NCBI GenBank assembly: GCA_965263355.1
Contig: CBDHHL010000056.1
Location: 2,016,001-2,080,000 of the forward strand
Direction: 5' to 3'
Length of the DNA: 64,000 nt
Source: Leptolyngbyaceae cyanobacterium
GTDB lineage: Bacteria > Cyanobacteriota > Cyanobacteriia > Phormidesmidales > Phormidesmidaceae
The notes below the pieces were generated by a model. It did no database searches. It was not told the origin of the DNA and saw only the letters and a program-made list of their open reading frames with translations. The position numbers and the translations under genes were made by a program. Below are positions 32,945 through 44,561 of the stretch, in pieces; positions within the stretch are counted from its first letter, which is position 1, and every line of letters starts with the position of its first letter.

Positions 32945-35900
32945 CTACAGTGGTGGCTCTTCAAGACCAGGAGCGGGAGTAGGAGCAGCGGCTGGGACAG
33001 CAGCAGGTGGCTCCTCCGGAGCCGCCTCATCTCGCGAAATCGATTCATAGGTAGGTCGTGATGGTGACCGTCGATTTACAGAATCGGACATCAAATCAAC
33101 TTCTACATCGCGACTGGTCCCATCCTCCTGAGTTTCGAGCTTATGCACCGCAATGTCTAAACATAAGGACTGGAGTTCACGCATGAGTACCTTAAAGGAC
33201 TCGGGTGTACCGGGACGAGGAATGGCCTTACCTTTGACAATTGCATTAAGGGCTTCATTACGTCCCTGCATGTCATCAGATTTTACCGTTAGCAATTCCT
33301 GCAAAGTATACGCAGCTCCAAATGCTTCAAGTGCCCAAACTTCCATTTCCCCAAAGCGCTGACCACCCTGTTGAGCCTTACCACCCAAAGGCTGCTGAGT
33401 CACCAGCGAGTAAGGACCAGTAGAACGAGCATGAATCTTGTCGTCCACCAGGTGAACTAACTTCAACATGTAAGGTTTACCTACGGTCACAGGCCGATCA
33501 AACGGCTCACCAGTACGGCCATCGTAGAGCTGAATTTTGCCTGGATCATCGGGGTTAAATACCCAGTCTTCGCCTCTGGCATCCCGCGCATCTTGCATTT
33601 TGCCATGGGTGGTTTCCATAGATGCTTCACTACCGTACATCTCGTCAAAGGGCGTAATCTTAAAGCGGGCATTGAGATTTTCTCCAGCCCACCCCAACAA
33701 ACACTCAAATACCTGCCCCACATTCATACGAGACGGCACACCTAGGGGATTGAGCACGATATCAATCGGAGTACCATCAGGGAGATAGGGCATATCTTCA
33801 ATGGGCAAAATCCGGGAGATGATGCCTTTATTGCCATGGCGACCAGCCATCTTGTCACCCACCTGGATCTTGCGCTTTTGAGCCACGTAAACACGCACCA
33901 CCATGTTGGCACCAGGGGGAAGTTCATCTCCTTGCTCTCGGGTAAAGACGCGCACATCAACGACGCGCCCCTTCTCACCGTTAGGCACCCGCAAAGAATT
34001 ATCCCTAACGTCTCGAGCTTTTTCTCCAAAGATGGCCCGCAGTAATTTTTCTTCTGGAGGTTGGTCGGACTCACCTTTGGGTGTGACCTTACCCACCAAG
34101 ATGTCACCGGACGTTACCCAAGCTCCAATCCGGATAATGCCGGTCTCGTCGAGCTGTCGCAGGGCATCTTCACCGACGTTGGGAATTTCACGGGTAATTT
34201 CTTCAGGACCTAGTTTGGTCTGACGCGCCTCAATTTCAAATTTCTCGATATGAATAGACGTATAGAGATCGTGAAAGACCAATCGCTCACTGAGCAGAAT
34301 AGCATCTTCATAGTTGTAGCCCTCCCAAGGCATATAGGCTACTAAGACATTCTGGCCCAAAGCAATTTCGCCACCTTCGGTAGCTGAACCATCCGCCAAA
34401 ACTTGCCCTTTGACGACCTTGTCTCCAGAAAATATGAGTGGTCGCTGGTTTAAGCAGGTATCTTGGTTGGAGCGCTGATACTTCTGTAACTCCTGAGCGT
34501 ATTCCTTGCCATCCTTATCGGTAACCACCACCCGCTTGGCATCCAAAAATGTCACTTCACCATCAACGGGACTGACCACCACCATGCCAGAGTCCCGTGC
34601 AGCTTGGGCCTCAAGGCCAGTACCAACCAAGGGACGCTCCGGACGCAGCAGGGGAACGGCTTGACGTTGCATATTCGATCCCATCAGAGCGCGGTTAGCA
34701 TCATCATGCTCTAGAAAGGGAATCAGAGACGTCGCCACCGAAATAATTTGCACTGGCGACACGGCCACATAGTCTACCTCAGCTGGCGAAGTAGAAATAA
34801 AGTCCTGACGATACCTGACTGGAACTGACTCTCCGACGATATTGCCATCATGGTCAACGGGTACATCCCCCGGTGCCACGCGAAAATCGTCCTCCTCATC
34901 AGCCGTCATATATGCTGACGCTAAATCCTTACGAATACGACCATTGTCCACTTGGAAAAAGGGCGTTTCAATAAACCCAAAGTCATTGACTCGGGCATGG
35001 GTAGCCAAGGAACCAATTAATCCTGCATTGGGACCTTCAGGGGTTTCGATTGGACAAATGCGACCGTGGTGGGAGGGATGAATATCTCGCACCGCGAAAC
35101 CAGCTCGCTCACGGGTCAAACCACCTGGCCCAAGGGCGCTAATACGGCGCTTATGGGTAAGCTCAGCCAATGGATTGGTTTGGTCCATAAACTGAGATAG
35201 CTGACTAGACCCAAAGAATTCTTTAATTGCAGCCACCAAGGGTTTAGGGTTAACCAATGAGGCAGGCGTTAGAGAATCAGCATCAGAAACGGTCATCCGC
35301 TCACGGATAATTCGCTCCAAACGATTTAGACCGACACGCACCTGGTTCTGCAATAGCTCACCAACGGACCGAACACGACGGTTACCCAAGTGATCGATGT
35401 CGTCAATGATACCAATGTCAAACTCTAAGTTAATCAGATAGTCGATGGCCGCCAAAACGTCTTGAGGAGTAAGCACCCGTACAGCATCAGGCACATTCAA
35501 ACGCAACTTACGGTTGAGCTTATATCGACCCACCTTACCTAGATCGTAACGCTTGGGGTCAAAGAAGCGTGAGTGCAACAGCTGTTGCCCACCGGAAACC
35601 GTGGGAGGTTCACCAGGACGCAGCTTCCGATACAGTTCTAAAAGCGCTTCTTCTTCGCTAAATTGCCCTTCTTTTTCAATTGTTTTTTGAAAGTATTCGG
35701 GATGACGCAGGGAGTCAAAAATCTCACTATCACTTAAGCCCAAAGCTTTGAAAAGGACCTGAGCAGAAAGCTTACGGGTTTTATCAATGCGAACCCAAAC
35801 CAGATCATTTTTGTCGGTTTCAAACTTTAGCCAGGCACCTCGGTTAGGAATCAGATTAGCATTGTAGGTACGACGACCATGCTTATCGGTTTCAGCCTTA

Positions 35901-36304
35901 TAGTAAACACCGGGACTACGGACGATCTGGTTCACGATCACCCGTTCAGCACCGTTGATAATGAAGGTGCCGCGATCAGTCATCAATGGTAAATCACCAA
36001 TAAAGACTTCTTGCTCCTTAATTTCCCCAGTTTCTTTATTAATCAGACGCGTCGGCACATACATCTGCACCGAATAAGTACTATCACGACGTTTTGCCTC
36101 GTCGACCATATATTTGGGGCTTTTGAGCTTATAATCCTTACCAAGGAAATGTAACTCTAGCTTCCCTGTATAGTCGGTAATCGGAGAGAAACTCTCAAGC
36201 TCTTCAATTAAGCCTTCTTGTAGAAACCAGCGAAAACTAGAACGCTGAATTTCGACTAAATCAGGTAGTACAAAGGAGGATTGGGAAATGGTTAGGTCAG
36301 TCAT
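32945..36304 (-). CDS. rpoB: RNA polymerase beta subunit
   Basis: [40 protein letters not shown] before the ATG at 36304. Confidence 0.98.
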   Translation of the reverse strand: MTDLTISQSSFVLPDLVEIQRSSFRWFLQEGLIEELESFSPITDYTGKLELHFLGKDYKLKSPKYMVDEAKRRDSTYSVQMYVPTRLINKETGEIKEQEVFIGDLPLMTDRGTFIINGAERVIVNQIVRSPGVYYKAETDKHGRRTYNANLIPNRGAWLKFETDKNDLVWVRIDKTRKLSAQVLFKALGLSDSEIFDSLRHPEYFQKTIEKEGQFSEEEALLELYRKLRPGEPPTVSGGQQLLHSRFFDPKRYDLGKVGRYKLNRKLRLNVPDAVRVLTPQDVLAAIDYLINLEFDIGIIDDIDHLGNRRVRSVGELLQNQVRVGLNRLERIIRERMTVSDADSLTPASLVNPKPLVAAIKEFFGSSQLSQFMDQTNPLAELTHKRRISALGPGGLTRERAGFAVRDIHPSHHGRICPIETPEGPNAGLIGSLATHARVNDFGFIETPFFQVDNGRIRKDLASAYMTADEEDDFRVAPGDVPVDHDGNIVGESVPVRYRQDFISTSPAEVDYVAVSPVQIISVATSLIPFLEHDDANRALMGSNMQRQAVPLLRPERPLVGTGLEAQAARDSGMVVVSPVDGEVTFLDAKRVVVTDKDGKEYAQELQKYQRSNQDTCLNQRPLIFSGDKVVKGQVLADGSATEGGEIALGQNVLVAYMPWEGYNYEDAILLSERLVFHDLYTSIHIEKFEIEARQTKLGPEEITREIPNVGEDALRQLDETGIIRIGAWVTSGDILVGKVTPKGESDQPPEEKLLRAIFGEKARDVRDNSLRVPNGEKGRVVDVRVFTREQGDELPPGANMVVRVYVAQKRKIQVGDKMAGRHGNKGIISRILPIEDMPYLPDGTPIDIVLNPLGVPSRMNVGQVFECLLGWAGENLNARFKITPFDEMYGSEASMETTHGKMQDARDARGEDWVFNPDDPGKIQLYDGRTGEPFDRPVTVGKPYMLKLVHLVDDKIHARSTGPYSLVTQQPLGGKAQQGGQRFGEMEVWALEAFGAAYTLQELLTVKSDDMQGRNEALNAIVKGKAIPRPGTPESFKVLMRELQSLCLDIAVHKLETQEDGTSRDVEVDLMSDSVNRRSPSRPTYESISRDEAAPEEPPAAVPAAAPTPAPGLEEPPL

Positions 36305-36760
36305 TCGTCTCCTCAAGCAGCAGGGTCGGGCCTAAATTAAACGGGGGGTTAAACAGAAATTTAAGACGTCTGGGCTAAATTTCTTCAACAGAGATAAGTT
36401 ACAAACACAAGAACGACCACACCTCCCAAATGGGCAATGTAGCCAAACTAATACTTTGCAGGTTTTTTGCTAGCATCCAATAGCTAAAATGGGCACGGTG
36501 GGCAATGTTCAAACGCAACCGTCAGGCACCAACGTTATGAATAGAATGAGTGCAAGAGCTGAGCCAGCTGGCTACCGTAAGGCTAACGCATGGCCGAGGT
36601 AGTATATCACAAATCAGCAGTTAATTTTAATTTTCTTGTCACTTTTTTGTCACTTTGCATTTTACTGAACGGTTTAGTAACAGGTAGATCGCCTTTGGTA
36701 ACAGTTCACCCACCAATTAAGTAGGTACAATCCGTATCACCATGTAATTTTTGCTCGATT

Positions 36761-37570
36761 TTAACTACCTGACACACTTGTAAACGAAGCATCAGGAAGT
36801 TTAAACAAGGTTCTAGCATTAGCTGTGGTCTGAGCCGCTAAGGATTCTAAGGAAACGCCTCGCAGGTTGGCTACAAATTCAGCCACGTGCAAGACATTGG
36901 CAGGCTGGTTACGCTTCTCTTTACGTTTCGGCACTGGAGACAGAAATGGACAGTCGGTCTCAACCAGAATGCGATCGCACCCCACCATTTGAGCCGATGC
37001 CTGCACCTGCTTAGCACTCTTAAATGTGACGATACCGCTAAAGCTAATGTAGAAGCCCAAATCCAAAAACCACTGAGTTTCCTCAGGTGCTCCTGTCCAG
37101 CAATGCATAACACCCCGTACAGGTCCATGCTCTTGCCAGAACGATTGCAGCACTTCACGCATGGTCACCGCCGCATCCCGACAATGAATGATCACCGGCA
37201 AGTCTAAACTCTGGGCAACGGCCAGTTGAGCCCGAAACGCTTCGATTTGACAAGCCTGGTCATCGGCCTTAAAGAAATCTAATCCAGTTTCCCCAATGGC
37301 TACAACCCGCTCATCTGACATGGCCAACTGTCGAATTCGCCCCGCCAACTCTGGCGTCCACTTATCCATGTCTAACGGGTGTAAACCAACAGCAAATGAA
37401 ACCTCATCAAATCGATCAGCAATGGCTCGAATAGCATCAAACTCCGATGGCTCAACACAAGAGTGAACAAGATGGGCAACACCTGCCTGGCGCCAGGCAG
37501 AAGCAACATCATCTAAGTCAGCTTGAAAACTATCAAAGTTAATGTGGACGTGGGTATCAACCAGCTTCAT
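36761..37570 (-). CDS. tatD: TatD family DNase
   Basis: [38 protein letters not shown]; conserved rpsT-tatD-rpoB order. Confidence 0.93.
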   Translation of the reverse strand: MKLVDTHVHINFDSFQADLDDVASAWRQAGVAHLVHSCVEPSEFDAIRAIADRFDEVSFAVGLHPLDMDKWTPELAGRIRQLAMSDERVVAIGETGLDFFKADDQACQIEAFRAQLAVAQSLDLPVIIHCRDAAVTMREVLQSFWQEHGPVRGVMHCWTGAPEETQWFLDLGFYISFSGIVTFKSAKQVQASAQMVGCDRILVETDCPFLSPVPKRKEKRNQPANVLHVAEFVANLRGVSLESLAAQTTANARTLFKLPDASFTSVSGS

Positions 37571-37575
37571 GGAAC

Positions 37576-37869
37576 CTATGAAGCAGCTTCGTGCTTTTTA
37601 AGAGCGTGGGAAATCTTAGACTTTCGACGGGCCGCTGCATTTTTATGGATACTGCCACGTTTGACCGCCTTGTCAATCTTACTAAAGGCTGCCGACATTG
37701 ATACATCAACAGCCTGCTTGTTTTCGTCAGACGGATCCTTAGCATACTCACCCAAAGCAGCAAAGTAAGTTTTGGTGAGGGTCTTAACCGCCGATTTGTA
37801 GGACTTATTTCGTAGACGATTGCGCTCCGCAACTTGGATGCGCTTCATCGCAGATTTAATGTTTGCCAC
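37576..37869 (-). CDS. rpsT: 30S ribosomal protein S20
   Basis: [30 protein letters not shown] start. Confidence 0.96.
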   Translation of the reverse strand: MANIKSAMKRIQVAERNRLRNKSYKSAVKTLTKTYFAALGEYAKDPSDENKQAVDVSMSAAFSKIDKAVKRGSIHKNAAARRKSKISHALKKHEAAS

Positions 37870-38032
37870 TAGTTACCAGGGTAATTTTTTGTCAGGGTCT
37901 AGAATTATAGCATTAAATACCCTTTACAAGCACTTGAATTATCATATTTTAGTTGGTCTATCCGACTGCCCCTAAACTAATCCACGCTAAGCTATAACAG
38001 ACATACTCCTCCCACCCTCGCTACCCGCCTCA

Positions 38033-39325
38033 ATGTTGCGAACTTTGTACAAGCTCAGCGAAGCGCAGGCTGAACTCCAGCGTATTTGCGATCGCATCCA
38101 CACAGACCAAGTGGTTGAGCAAGAAGCCACCGTTCGAGAAATCCTCAACGCCGTTCGGCGTTCAGGGGATGAGGCTCTTTTGCATTACACCGCAAAATTT
38201 GACCAACAAACCCTAACGGCTGACACCTTACGCATCAGTGGTGCAGAAGTTGATACCGCCTACCAACAGGTTTCCGGTGAATTGCTCAATGCTATCCGTC
38301 TTGCCTGCAACAATGTCAAATCCTTTCATCAGCAGCGACTACCCAAAAACTGGGTCACCTTTGAAGAAAATGGTGTTGTCCTCGGCAAGCGCTACACGCC
38401 CATAGCCCGTGCTGGCATTTATGTACCCGGTGGTCGAGCCGCCTATCCCAGCACAGTGATTATGAACGCGGTTCCGGCCCAGGTCGCTGGCGTTAACCAA
38501 TTAGTCATGGTCACTCCCACTCCCAAGGGCCACATCAACCCAGCTGTTTTGGTTGCGGCCCAAGAAGCAGGGGTGCAGGAAATTTATCGGATCGGTGGTG
38601 CCCAGGCCATTGCCGCCCTAGCCTATGGGACAGAAACGGTCCCCAAAGTAGATATCATTAGTGGCCCTGGCAACCTTTATGTCACCCTAGCTAAAAAGCA
38701 GGTCTATGGCACTGTCGGCATTGACTCATTGGCAGGTCCTTCTGAGGTCTTAATCATCGCCGACCATACGGCCAATCCTGTCCATGTGGCTGCTGATCTG
38801 TTGGCTCAGGCAGAGCATGACCCAATGGCCGCCGCTATTTTGTTAACCACTGATAGCATCTTGGCTGAAAAGGTCGTGATCGAAGTGGATCGTCAGCTAG
38901 CTGGACATCCTCGTCAAACTCTCACCGAAAAAGCCATTGCCCACTACGGCATTGTCATCGTCGTCGATTCCTTGGATATGGCAGCCCAGCTATCTAACCA
39001 GTTTGCCCCTGAACATCTAGAGCTAGAGGTCGATGACCCTTGGGCATTACTGGAACACATCACCCAGGCAGGGGCTATATTTCTTGGTCATGATACCCCC
39101 GAAGCAGTGGGCGACTACTTGGCCGGCCCCAACCATACTCTGCCTACTTCTGGAGCAGCCCGCTACGCCTCCCCCCTAAGTACTGAAACCTTTATGAAAC
39201 ACTCCAGCCTGATTCAATATTCAAAGTCGGCATTGGAGGATGTGGCAACAGCGATTGATGCGTTGACCAGCGCAGAAGGTTTACCTTCCCATGGGGATTC
39301 GGTAAGACTACGGGTAGAGGAATGA
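38033..39325 (+). CDS. hisD: Histidinol dehydrogenase
   Basis: GIYVPGG, GGAQAIAALAYGT, AGPSEV, QAEHD, APEHLE, GPNHTLPT. Confidence 0.96.
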   Translation: MLRTLYKLSEAQAELQRICDRIHTDQVVEQEATVREILNAVRRSGDEALLHYTAKFDQQTLTADTLRISGAEVDTAYQQVSGELLNAIRLACNNVKSFHQQRLPKNWVTFEENGVVLGKRYTPIARAGIYVPGGRAAYPSTVIMNAVPAQVAGVNQLVMVTPTPKGHINPAVLVAAQEAGVQEIYRIGGAQAIAALAYGTETVPKVDIISGPGNLYVTLAKKQVYGTVGIDSLAGPSEVLIIADHTANPVHVAADLLAQAEHDPMAAAILLTTDSILAEKVVIEVDRQLAGHPRQTLTEKAIAHYGIVIVVDSLDMAAQLSNQFAPEHLELEVDDPWALLEHITQAGAIFLGHDTPEAVGDYLAGPNHTLPTSGAARYASPLSTETFMKHSSLIQYSKSALEDVATAIDALTSAEGLPSHGDSVRLRVEE

Positions 39326-39422
39326 TACCGCCCTACAACCCTCATACTGTGTTCTCCCCACTAGTATAAGTGCAGCTCTTTGTTTGCAATCATAGGAAAT
39401 CCCCATGCAGCCTTACTCACTA

Positions 39423-39830
39423 TTAATCCAACTGTCTAGCTGCTTGACGGTCTTGGATTGCCAAGAATAACTGTAGCCTCAACAGGCTGGTCGTTTGAGC
39501 AATATTCAGCGGGAGAGTGGACACCCCTTCCAAGCGAGATTGAACCCAGCCATCGCCCCAATGCCATTCATGAAAGCCATCGACACCGCGATGGAGTAAA
39601 AAGCGAATTGAGGTGTCAGACAGGCTCGCAATGGTGTGATCGACACGAATCGGACCGACATAGCTGGAAAACGCTTGCCCTATCCATAGCGGCGTTTTGA
39701 AATCATCGGAAAACTGTTGAGGCCATAGCCATTGCCGCAGCTGGTCAGAATGGGTCAAACTTTTACGTAATTGTGCAACTGTCGCATCAATTTCAATGCG
39801 CAGAGTACTTTGCTGATAAATCCCAAACAT
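39423..39830 (-). CDS. Hypothetical protein (START/SRPBCC-like)
   Basis: LRIEIDA..LRQWLWPQ..GVDGFHEWHWGDGWVQSRLEG. Confidence 0.65.
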   Translation of the reverse strand: MFGIYQQSTLRIEIDATVAQLRKSLTHSDQLRQWLWPQQFSDDFKTPLWIGQAFSSYVGPIRVDHTIASLSDTSIRFLLHRGVDGFHEWHWGDGWVQSRLEGVSTLPLNIAQTTSLLRLQLFLAIQDRQAARQLD

Positions 39831-39902
39831 AACAACAACCTGACACGACAGCTCTACCACTACAATAATAGATATTAAGAACTGTCAGAACCAAGCAGAC
39901 CT

Positions 39903-40811
39903 ATGGCGGATCAGCTCATTCGAGCAATAGCAGCAGATGGCGGCATTAGAGTTGTTGGAGCCATCACTACACATTTAGTTGAAGAAGCTAGAACTCGCCA
40001 CAAACTTTCCTATGTTGCCACGGCAGCCCTAGGCAGAGCGCTAACGGCTGGAGCGCTCCTGGTTTCCAATATGAAGCGGGAAGACTCACGGGTTAATATT
40101 CAAATTCAGGGGGATGGTCCCCTGGGCGGCATCATGGTGGATGCCCGATTGAATGGCAATGTTCGGGGATATGTGGCTACTCCATCCGTGGAGTTACCCC
40201 CTAACGCCCAGGGCAAACTTGATGTCGGTACAGCGGTAGGACGCAATGGATATCTCTACGTCGTACGCGATTCAGGCATAGGCTATCCTTACTCTAGTAC
40301 AATTGAGCTAGTATCGGGAGAAATTGGCGAAGACCTGACCCAGTACCTAGCAACCTCAGAACAAACGCCCTCTGCCTTAGTTTTGGGGGTATTTGTCGAT
40401 CAAAACGGAGTGGAAGCAGCGGGTGGGTTGTTGCTTCAGGTGTTACCCAAGGCCTCCGATGATGAGGCCTTGATCTCTGCTTTAGAATCTCGCCTGGGAG
40501 CACTCACTGGATTTACCCCCATGCTGAGGGCGCAAAAAACGCTGCCCCAAATTTTTGCAGACCTGGTTGGGGATATGGGATTGCAAATTTTCCCAGAGAG
40601 TAAGCTATTGCGGTTTCACTGCCCCTGTGATGGCAACCGTATGCTATCGGCGCTCAAACTGCTGGGGGAAGAGGAACTGCAGGATATGATCGACAAACGC
40701 GAACCAGCAGAGGCTATCTGCCATTTTTGCGGTGATATCTATAAGACTGAATGCGATCGCTTAACCGAGCTGCTAGCAGAGCTAAAGATGGAGAATGCAA
40801 ATCGGGCATAG
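39903..40811 (+). CDS. hslO: Hsp33 redox chaperone
   Basis: ALGRALTA, SGEIGEDL, SEQTPS, zinc motif CPC...CHFC. Confidence 0.95.
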   Translation: MADQLIRAIAADGGIRVVGAITTHLVEEARTRHKLSYVATAALGRALTAGALLVSNMKREDSRVNIQIQGDGPLGGIMVDARLNGNVRGYVATPSVELPPNAQGKLDVGTAVGRNGYLYVVRDSGIGYPYSSTIELVSGEIGEDLTQYLATSEQTPSALVLGVFVDQNGVEAAGGLLLQVLPKASDDEALISALESRLGALTGFTPMLRAQKTLPQIFADLVGDMGLQIFPESKLLRFHCPCDGNRMLSALKLLGEEELQDMIDKREPAEAICHFCGDIYKTECDRLTELLAELKMENANRA

Positions 40812-40863
40812 AAGATAGCTACATGGGGAAGGGATTGGCTATAAAGAGCGAGTAGTCATAGAG

Positions 40864-42186
40864 CTATTTAGCCATGCGTTGGTAAGCGGCAGCGACAGCA
40901 TCGTCACCACCGACATTACCTGGGAAAAGTACCACGGGGAGCTGGGGAAACTTGGGGTGAGCGGCGCTAGTGGTCACCACTGAAACACCGGGAATCACCT
41001 GGCCTAAGAGTCTGGCAGAGGTGAGAGAGAGGCCTTTGCTCAAGGTATCGTTAGAGGTAATACCTCCTTTGCTAATGAGAAAACCCAGATCAGCAGGTAA
41101 CCCGCGAACAATCTCCATCAGCACGTTAGAAACAGATTCGCCAAAGGCTAAACGTGTTGCCCCATCCTCAAATGTCAGCTCTTGACGACTGGTGTAAATC
41201 ACAGCTGTTTGACCCTGGTGATAGATAGTTTGTACCAAGGCTAAGAGGTCAGCAACCATGGCTTTGACCTGGGTAGGATCGTCCTTTAATCGGGAGACGT
41301 CTACTTCTAAACCACTCACCCCTAGTTGTTGCAAGAGATACTCTAGCTGACGAGTTGTTTTTTGAACGTGGGAACCCACTAAAATCACACCGGGTTTATG
41401 ATTTCGAGTGTAGCGAGCCATATCAGCAGCGGCAATGGGCTGCTCAGGCAGTGCCGCCAACGATGTAAGTAAACTGGCAGCACTGCGAAAGAGAAATTTC
41501 TTACCCTGGGCCGCTGTTTCTAATAACGTCTGGCAAAAGTGATCTAGATCTGATTGTTGTTGAGCATCAACTGCGACACAAACATTACCACTCAGGGCCA
41601 TTAGTCGTTGTGTCATATCTTGTCGCAATACCTCCAGAGTGAATCGCTCTACCTGATCAGCAACAATCTCGCCAGCTGTCTTTTCAGCAACATAATCGGG
41701 CAAGTAGCTATGACGATAGCCAAAGACAGAATCGTTGGCAAACTCGGTTTTATGCACTGGAGTGCGCACACCCTCAGCTTCAATGTAGTGGGTACTGTCG
41801 AGAGTAATGCGACCAGCTTCAAAAAAGGCTGGCACCATAAAGTGGGCATCAAAAGGACCTAACTCTGAGGCAATCACATCGGTCTCCAGAGGATAGTGAC
41901 CTCGTAGGGTGGAATCCGAACGGCTGACGACTAAATACTCTTGGGTATCAGTTTCAATCAGCGCCTGTTTTAGATTATGACAAACGTCACGGATAGTACG
42001 CTCTGCTTCAGCTGGTGTGAGAGAACGGGTATTGGCCAGAATAAAGAAAATGGGAGAGTTGTCTAGTAGACCTTGCTTTAAGGTAGCGACATCCCATTTT
42101 AACAAAAGTAAGCAGCTATGAACTGTTTGGGAACCGGTGGGGTCGTCGTCGATAACAATAATTTTGGGGCGGTGGGAATTAGACAT
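40864..42186 (-). CDS. Four-carbon acid sugar kinase family protein
   Basis: IDDDPTGSQTVH, SRSDSTLRGH, KGGITS, FPGNVG. Confidence 0.88.
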   Translation of the reverse strand: MSNSHRPKIIVIDDDPTGSQTVHSCLLLLKWDVATLKQGLLDNSPIFFILANTRSLTPAEAERTIRDVCHNLKQALIETDTQEYLVVSRSDSTLRGHYPLETDVIASELGPFDAHFMVPAFFEAGRITLDSTHYIEAEGVRTPVHKTEFANDSVFGYRHSYLPDYVAEKTAGEIVADQVERFTLEVLRQDMTQRLMALSGNVCVAVDAQQQSDLDHFCQTLLETAAQGKKFLFRSAASLLTSLAALPEQPIAAADMARYTRNHKPGVILVGSHVQKTTRQLEYLLQQLGVSGLEVDVSRLKDDPTQVKAMVADLLALVQTIYHQGQTAVIYTSRQELTFEDGATRLAFGESVSNVLMEIVRGLPADLGFLISKGGITSNDTLSKGLSLTSARLLGQVIPGVSVVTTSAAHPKFPQLPVVLFPGNVGGDDAVAAAYQRMAK

Positions 42187-42260
42187 GGGACACTAAAAAA
42201 GGGCAGATTTAACCTTGATGAAAGTGGTGGGTAGATGCCCACTCTAAGGGGTATTTGGAT

Positions 42261-43016
42261 TTATTTCGATGGGGGTTGAGCGGCTTTGAGGTTATCCAAT
42301 AGTTCACCAAAACTTTCGGGGGGAATACCAGGAGGGACCAGCAACCCACCCATTAGAAATGTGGGAGTACCGCGTAGTTTGAGCTGTTCCGCTAAGGCCA
42401 TATCTGAGTCTACGGCGGCTTGGGCAGTATCGCTGTTGCGATCGCGATTAAACTGCTCCATATCTAACCCTATTTGCTCAGCCAGCTCCACATAGAGTTT
42501 ATCCCCTAACCGATCTTGATTGGCAAACAGACCATTGTGATAGAGCCAAAACTGATCTTGTCGAGCAGCCGCCCATGACGCCTTAGACGCCGGTTCTGCC
42601 TCTGGGTGAATGCTATTGAGTGGAAAATGTTTATACACATACAGTACCTCATCCCCCCGTTCTTCAACAAAGTCCTTCATATGACCAGCGGCCACCGCAC
42701 AAAATGGACATTCAAAATCAGAGAACTTTACCACCACCACCTCAGCATTAGGATTACCCTTGGTCGGCGAATCCCCAATAAATGTGGCCCGATCTATTGA
42801 CGATAGCACCTGATTAACCTCATCTTGACGCGCTCTCCAATCCACTTCGGCAGCCTCAATCTCAGCCTGACTGGGGGTGGGTGCTTCTGCTTGCTGGGGT
42901 GCAGACGGCTGCTGATCAGTTGTATCCTGAGCTGAATCAGGCTTTGAAGTACAGCTAACCAACGCAAGCAGAGTCACAGTAGCAACTGTGCGCATCAAGA
43001 CATTTTTGAGTGCCAT
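42261..43016 (-). CDS. DsbA/thioredoxin-fold lipoprotein
   Basis: Lipobox LVSC, FSDFECPFC, KHFPL, GTPTF. Confidence 0.88.
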   Translation of the reverse strand: MALKNVLMRTVATVTLLALVSCTSKPDSAQDTTDQQPSAPQQAEAPTPSQAEIEAAEVDWRARQDEVNQVLSSIDRATFIGDSPTKGNPNAEVVVVKFSDFECPFCAVAAGHMKDFVEERGDEVLYVYKHFPLNSIHPEAEPASKASWAAARQDQFWLYHNGLFANQDRLGDKLYVELAEQIGLDMEQFNRDRNSDTAQAAVDSDMALAEQLKLRGTPTFLMGGLLVPPGIPPESFGELLDNLKAAQPPSK

Positions 43017-43088
43017 GGGAAAGGCCTGATGGTAGGGACTCATTAACGCTAACACTTTGGTTTATGGTTGGGGAGAAAGACTCGGGAC

Positions 43089-44120
43089 ATGGATCGGATG
43101 AATGCCTTGCAACCAGCCAAACTATTAGTGACCTTAGGCGATATGGCGGGGATCGGGCCAGAGGTGGTGCTGAAGGCCTTACCGCTGGTGCAACCAGAGG
43201 CTGCTCAAATCACGTTAGTAGGGAATCAGCAGCAGCTAATTACGATTAGCAAACGTCTGGGCTTATCCCTGGTAGATTACCCCATAATTGATGTGCCATT
43301 AGCAGACGAACAGACCATTCGCATGGGTCATGGGGATGCGGCTAGTGGCGATCTGAGTTTTCGTAGTTTGCAAACAGCCATTAGTTACTGTCTTAAGGAC
43401 GGTTATGACGGTGTGGTCACTGCACCGATAGCAAAATCGGCCTGGCTAGCAGCAGGACACCATTATCCTGGACAGACTGAACTACTGGCAGAAATGTCTG
43501 GAGTAGACCGGTTTGGCATGTTGTTTGTGGCACGGTCCCCGATCACTGGTTGGACCTTGCGAACGCTATTAGCGACAACACATATTCCCTTACGACAGGT
43601 ACCAGAAGCATTAACGCCGACAGTAATGACCTTAAAGCTAGAACTACTGTTGGACTGTTTGGCACAGGATTTTGGCGTGCAGAAACCGAGGATAGCCATT
43701 GCTGGATTAAATCCCCACAGTGGAGAACAGGGTCAGTTGGGACGAGAAGAAGTGGACTGGCTAATTCCCTGGCTCAACACCCAACAACAACGATTTCCTG
43801 ATGCCATTTTAGATGGCCCCTTTCCCCCTGACACCCTGTGGGTGAGTCCAGCCCAGGCCTGGACCCAGGCTGAACGCCAAGCCCACCAAGGGTATTTGGC
43901 CCTGTACCATGACCAAGGGTTAATCCCCGTGAAAATGTTGGCCTTTGACCAGGCTGTCAATACCACCATTGGCCTACCCTTTATTCGCACCTCCCCTGAC
44001 CATGGCACTGCGTTTGACATAGCGGGTCAAGGTATAGCTAGACCGGACAGCATGGTGGCTGCCATCAATTTGGCCATTGACCTGGCAACGCAACGGCAGT
44101 TAAATTGCCGCCATGTATAA
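43089..44120 (+). CDS. pdxA: 4-hydroxythreonine-4-phosphate dehydrogenase
   Basis: [47 protein letters not shown]. Confidence 0.95.
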   Translation: MDRMNALQPAKLLVTLGDMAGIGPEVVLKALPLVQPEAAQITLVGNQQQLITISKRLGLSLVDYPIIDVPLADEQTIRMGHGDAASGDLSFRSLQTAISYCLKDGYDGVVTAPIAKSAWLAAGHHYPGQTELLAEMSGVDRFGMLFVARSPITGWTLRTLLATTHIPLRQVPEALTPTVMTLKLELLLDCLAQDFGVQKPRIAIAGLNPHSGEQGQLGREEVDWLIPWLNTQQQRFPDAILDGPFPPDTLWVSPAQAWTQAERQAHQGYLALYHDQGLIPVKMLAFDQAVNTTIGLPFIRTSPDHGTAFDIAGQGIARPDSMVAAINLAIDLATQRQLNCRHV

Positions 44121-44303
44121 ACTTATCGTGTGTTAAAAAAAGCACATGAGATTATGGTAATCATCAGTCATTTCTCAGGACTTTCCAGCCAAGTGTCAGG
44201 TACAGACACATATTGTTTTGTGAATCTCACATGTATATAAAAAAACCTTCAAAATCATGAAAATTAGGTGGTTCAAAAGTAGATTTGATTTGTACAATAG
44301 CCA

Positions 44304-44361
44304 GTGACATACAAGTTTTGTTTCAAGGAACCTCGGGGGGCTATTTGCCCCCCCTTTTTTT
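44304..44361 (+). ncRNA. Candidate ~58-nt orphan sRNA
   Basis: TACAAT -10 at 44293, short ORF-less body, terminator GGGGGGC-TATTT-GCCCCCC then T7. Confidence 0.4.
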
Positions 44362-44492
44362 AGCTGTTGTAGAAACTACTCAGGAATTTACGGACCCCAA
44401 TGGGTTCCGAGGCTTAATGGACAAGGTAGCTTAACGTCCTTAATTACACTCATTTTGCTTTCAAGCTGTAACATGACGGGTCAACCTGAACT

Positions 44493-44561
44493 TAAACCTT
44501 ATCCACGTCCAGCGTAGTCCTTTTTCCGGTGACTAATCTACAGGTTTGAACTTGAGCTTTA
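44493..44561. mobile_element. MITE-like dispersed element, copy 3 (degenerate right end)
   Basis: TAAACCTTATCCACGTCCAG...AATCTACAGGTTTGAACTTG. Confidence 0.55.

Noticed and set aside
26870..36304. Inteins or introns in rpo genes, and the many antisense ORFs
   Set aside because: Lengths are normal, the large RpoC2 insert is the standard cyanobacterial SI3, and the antisense ORFs are shadows of coding frames
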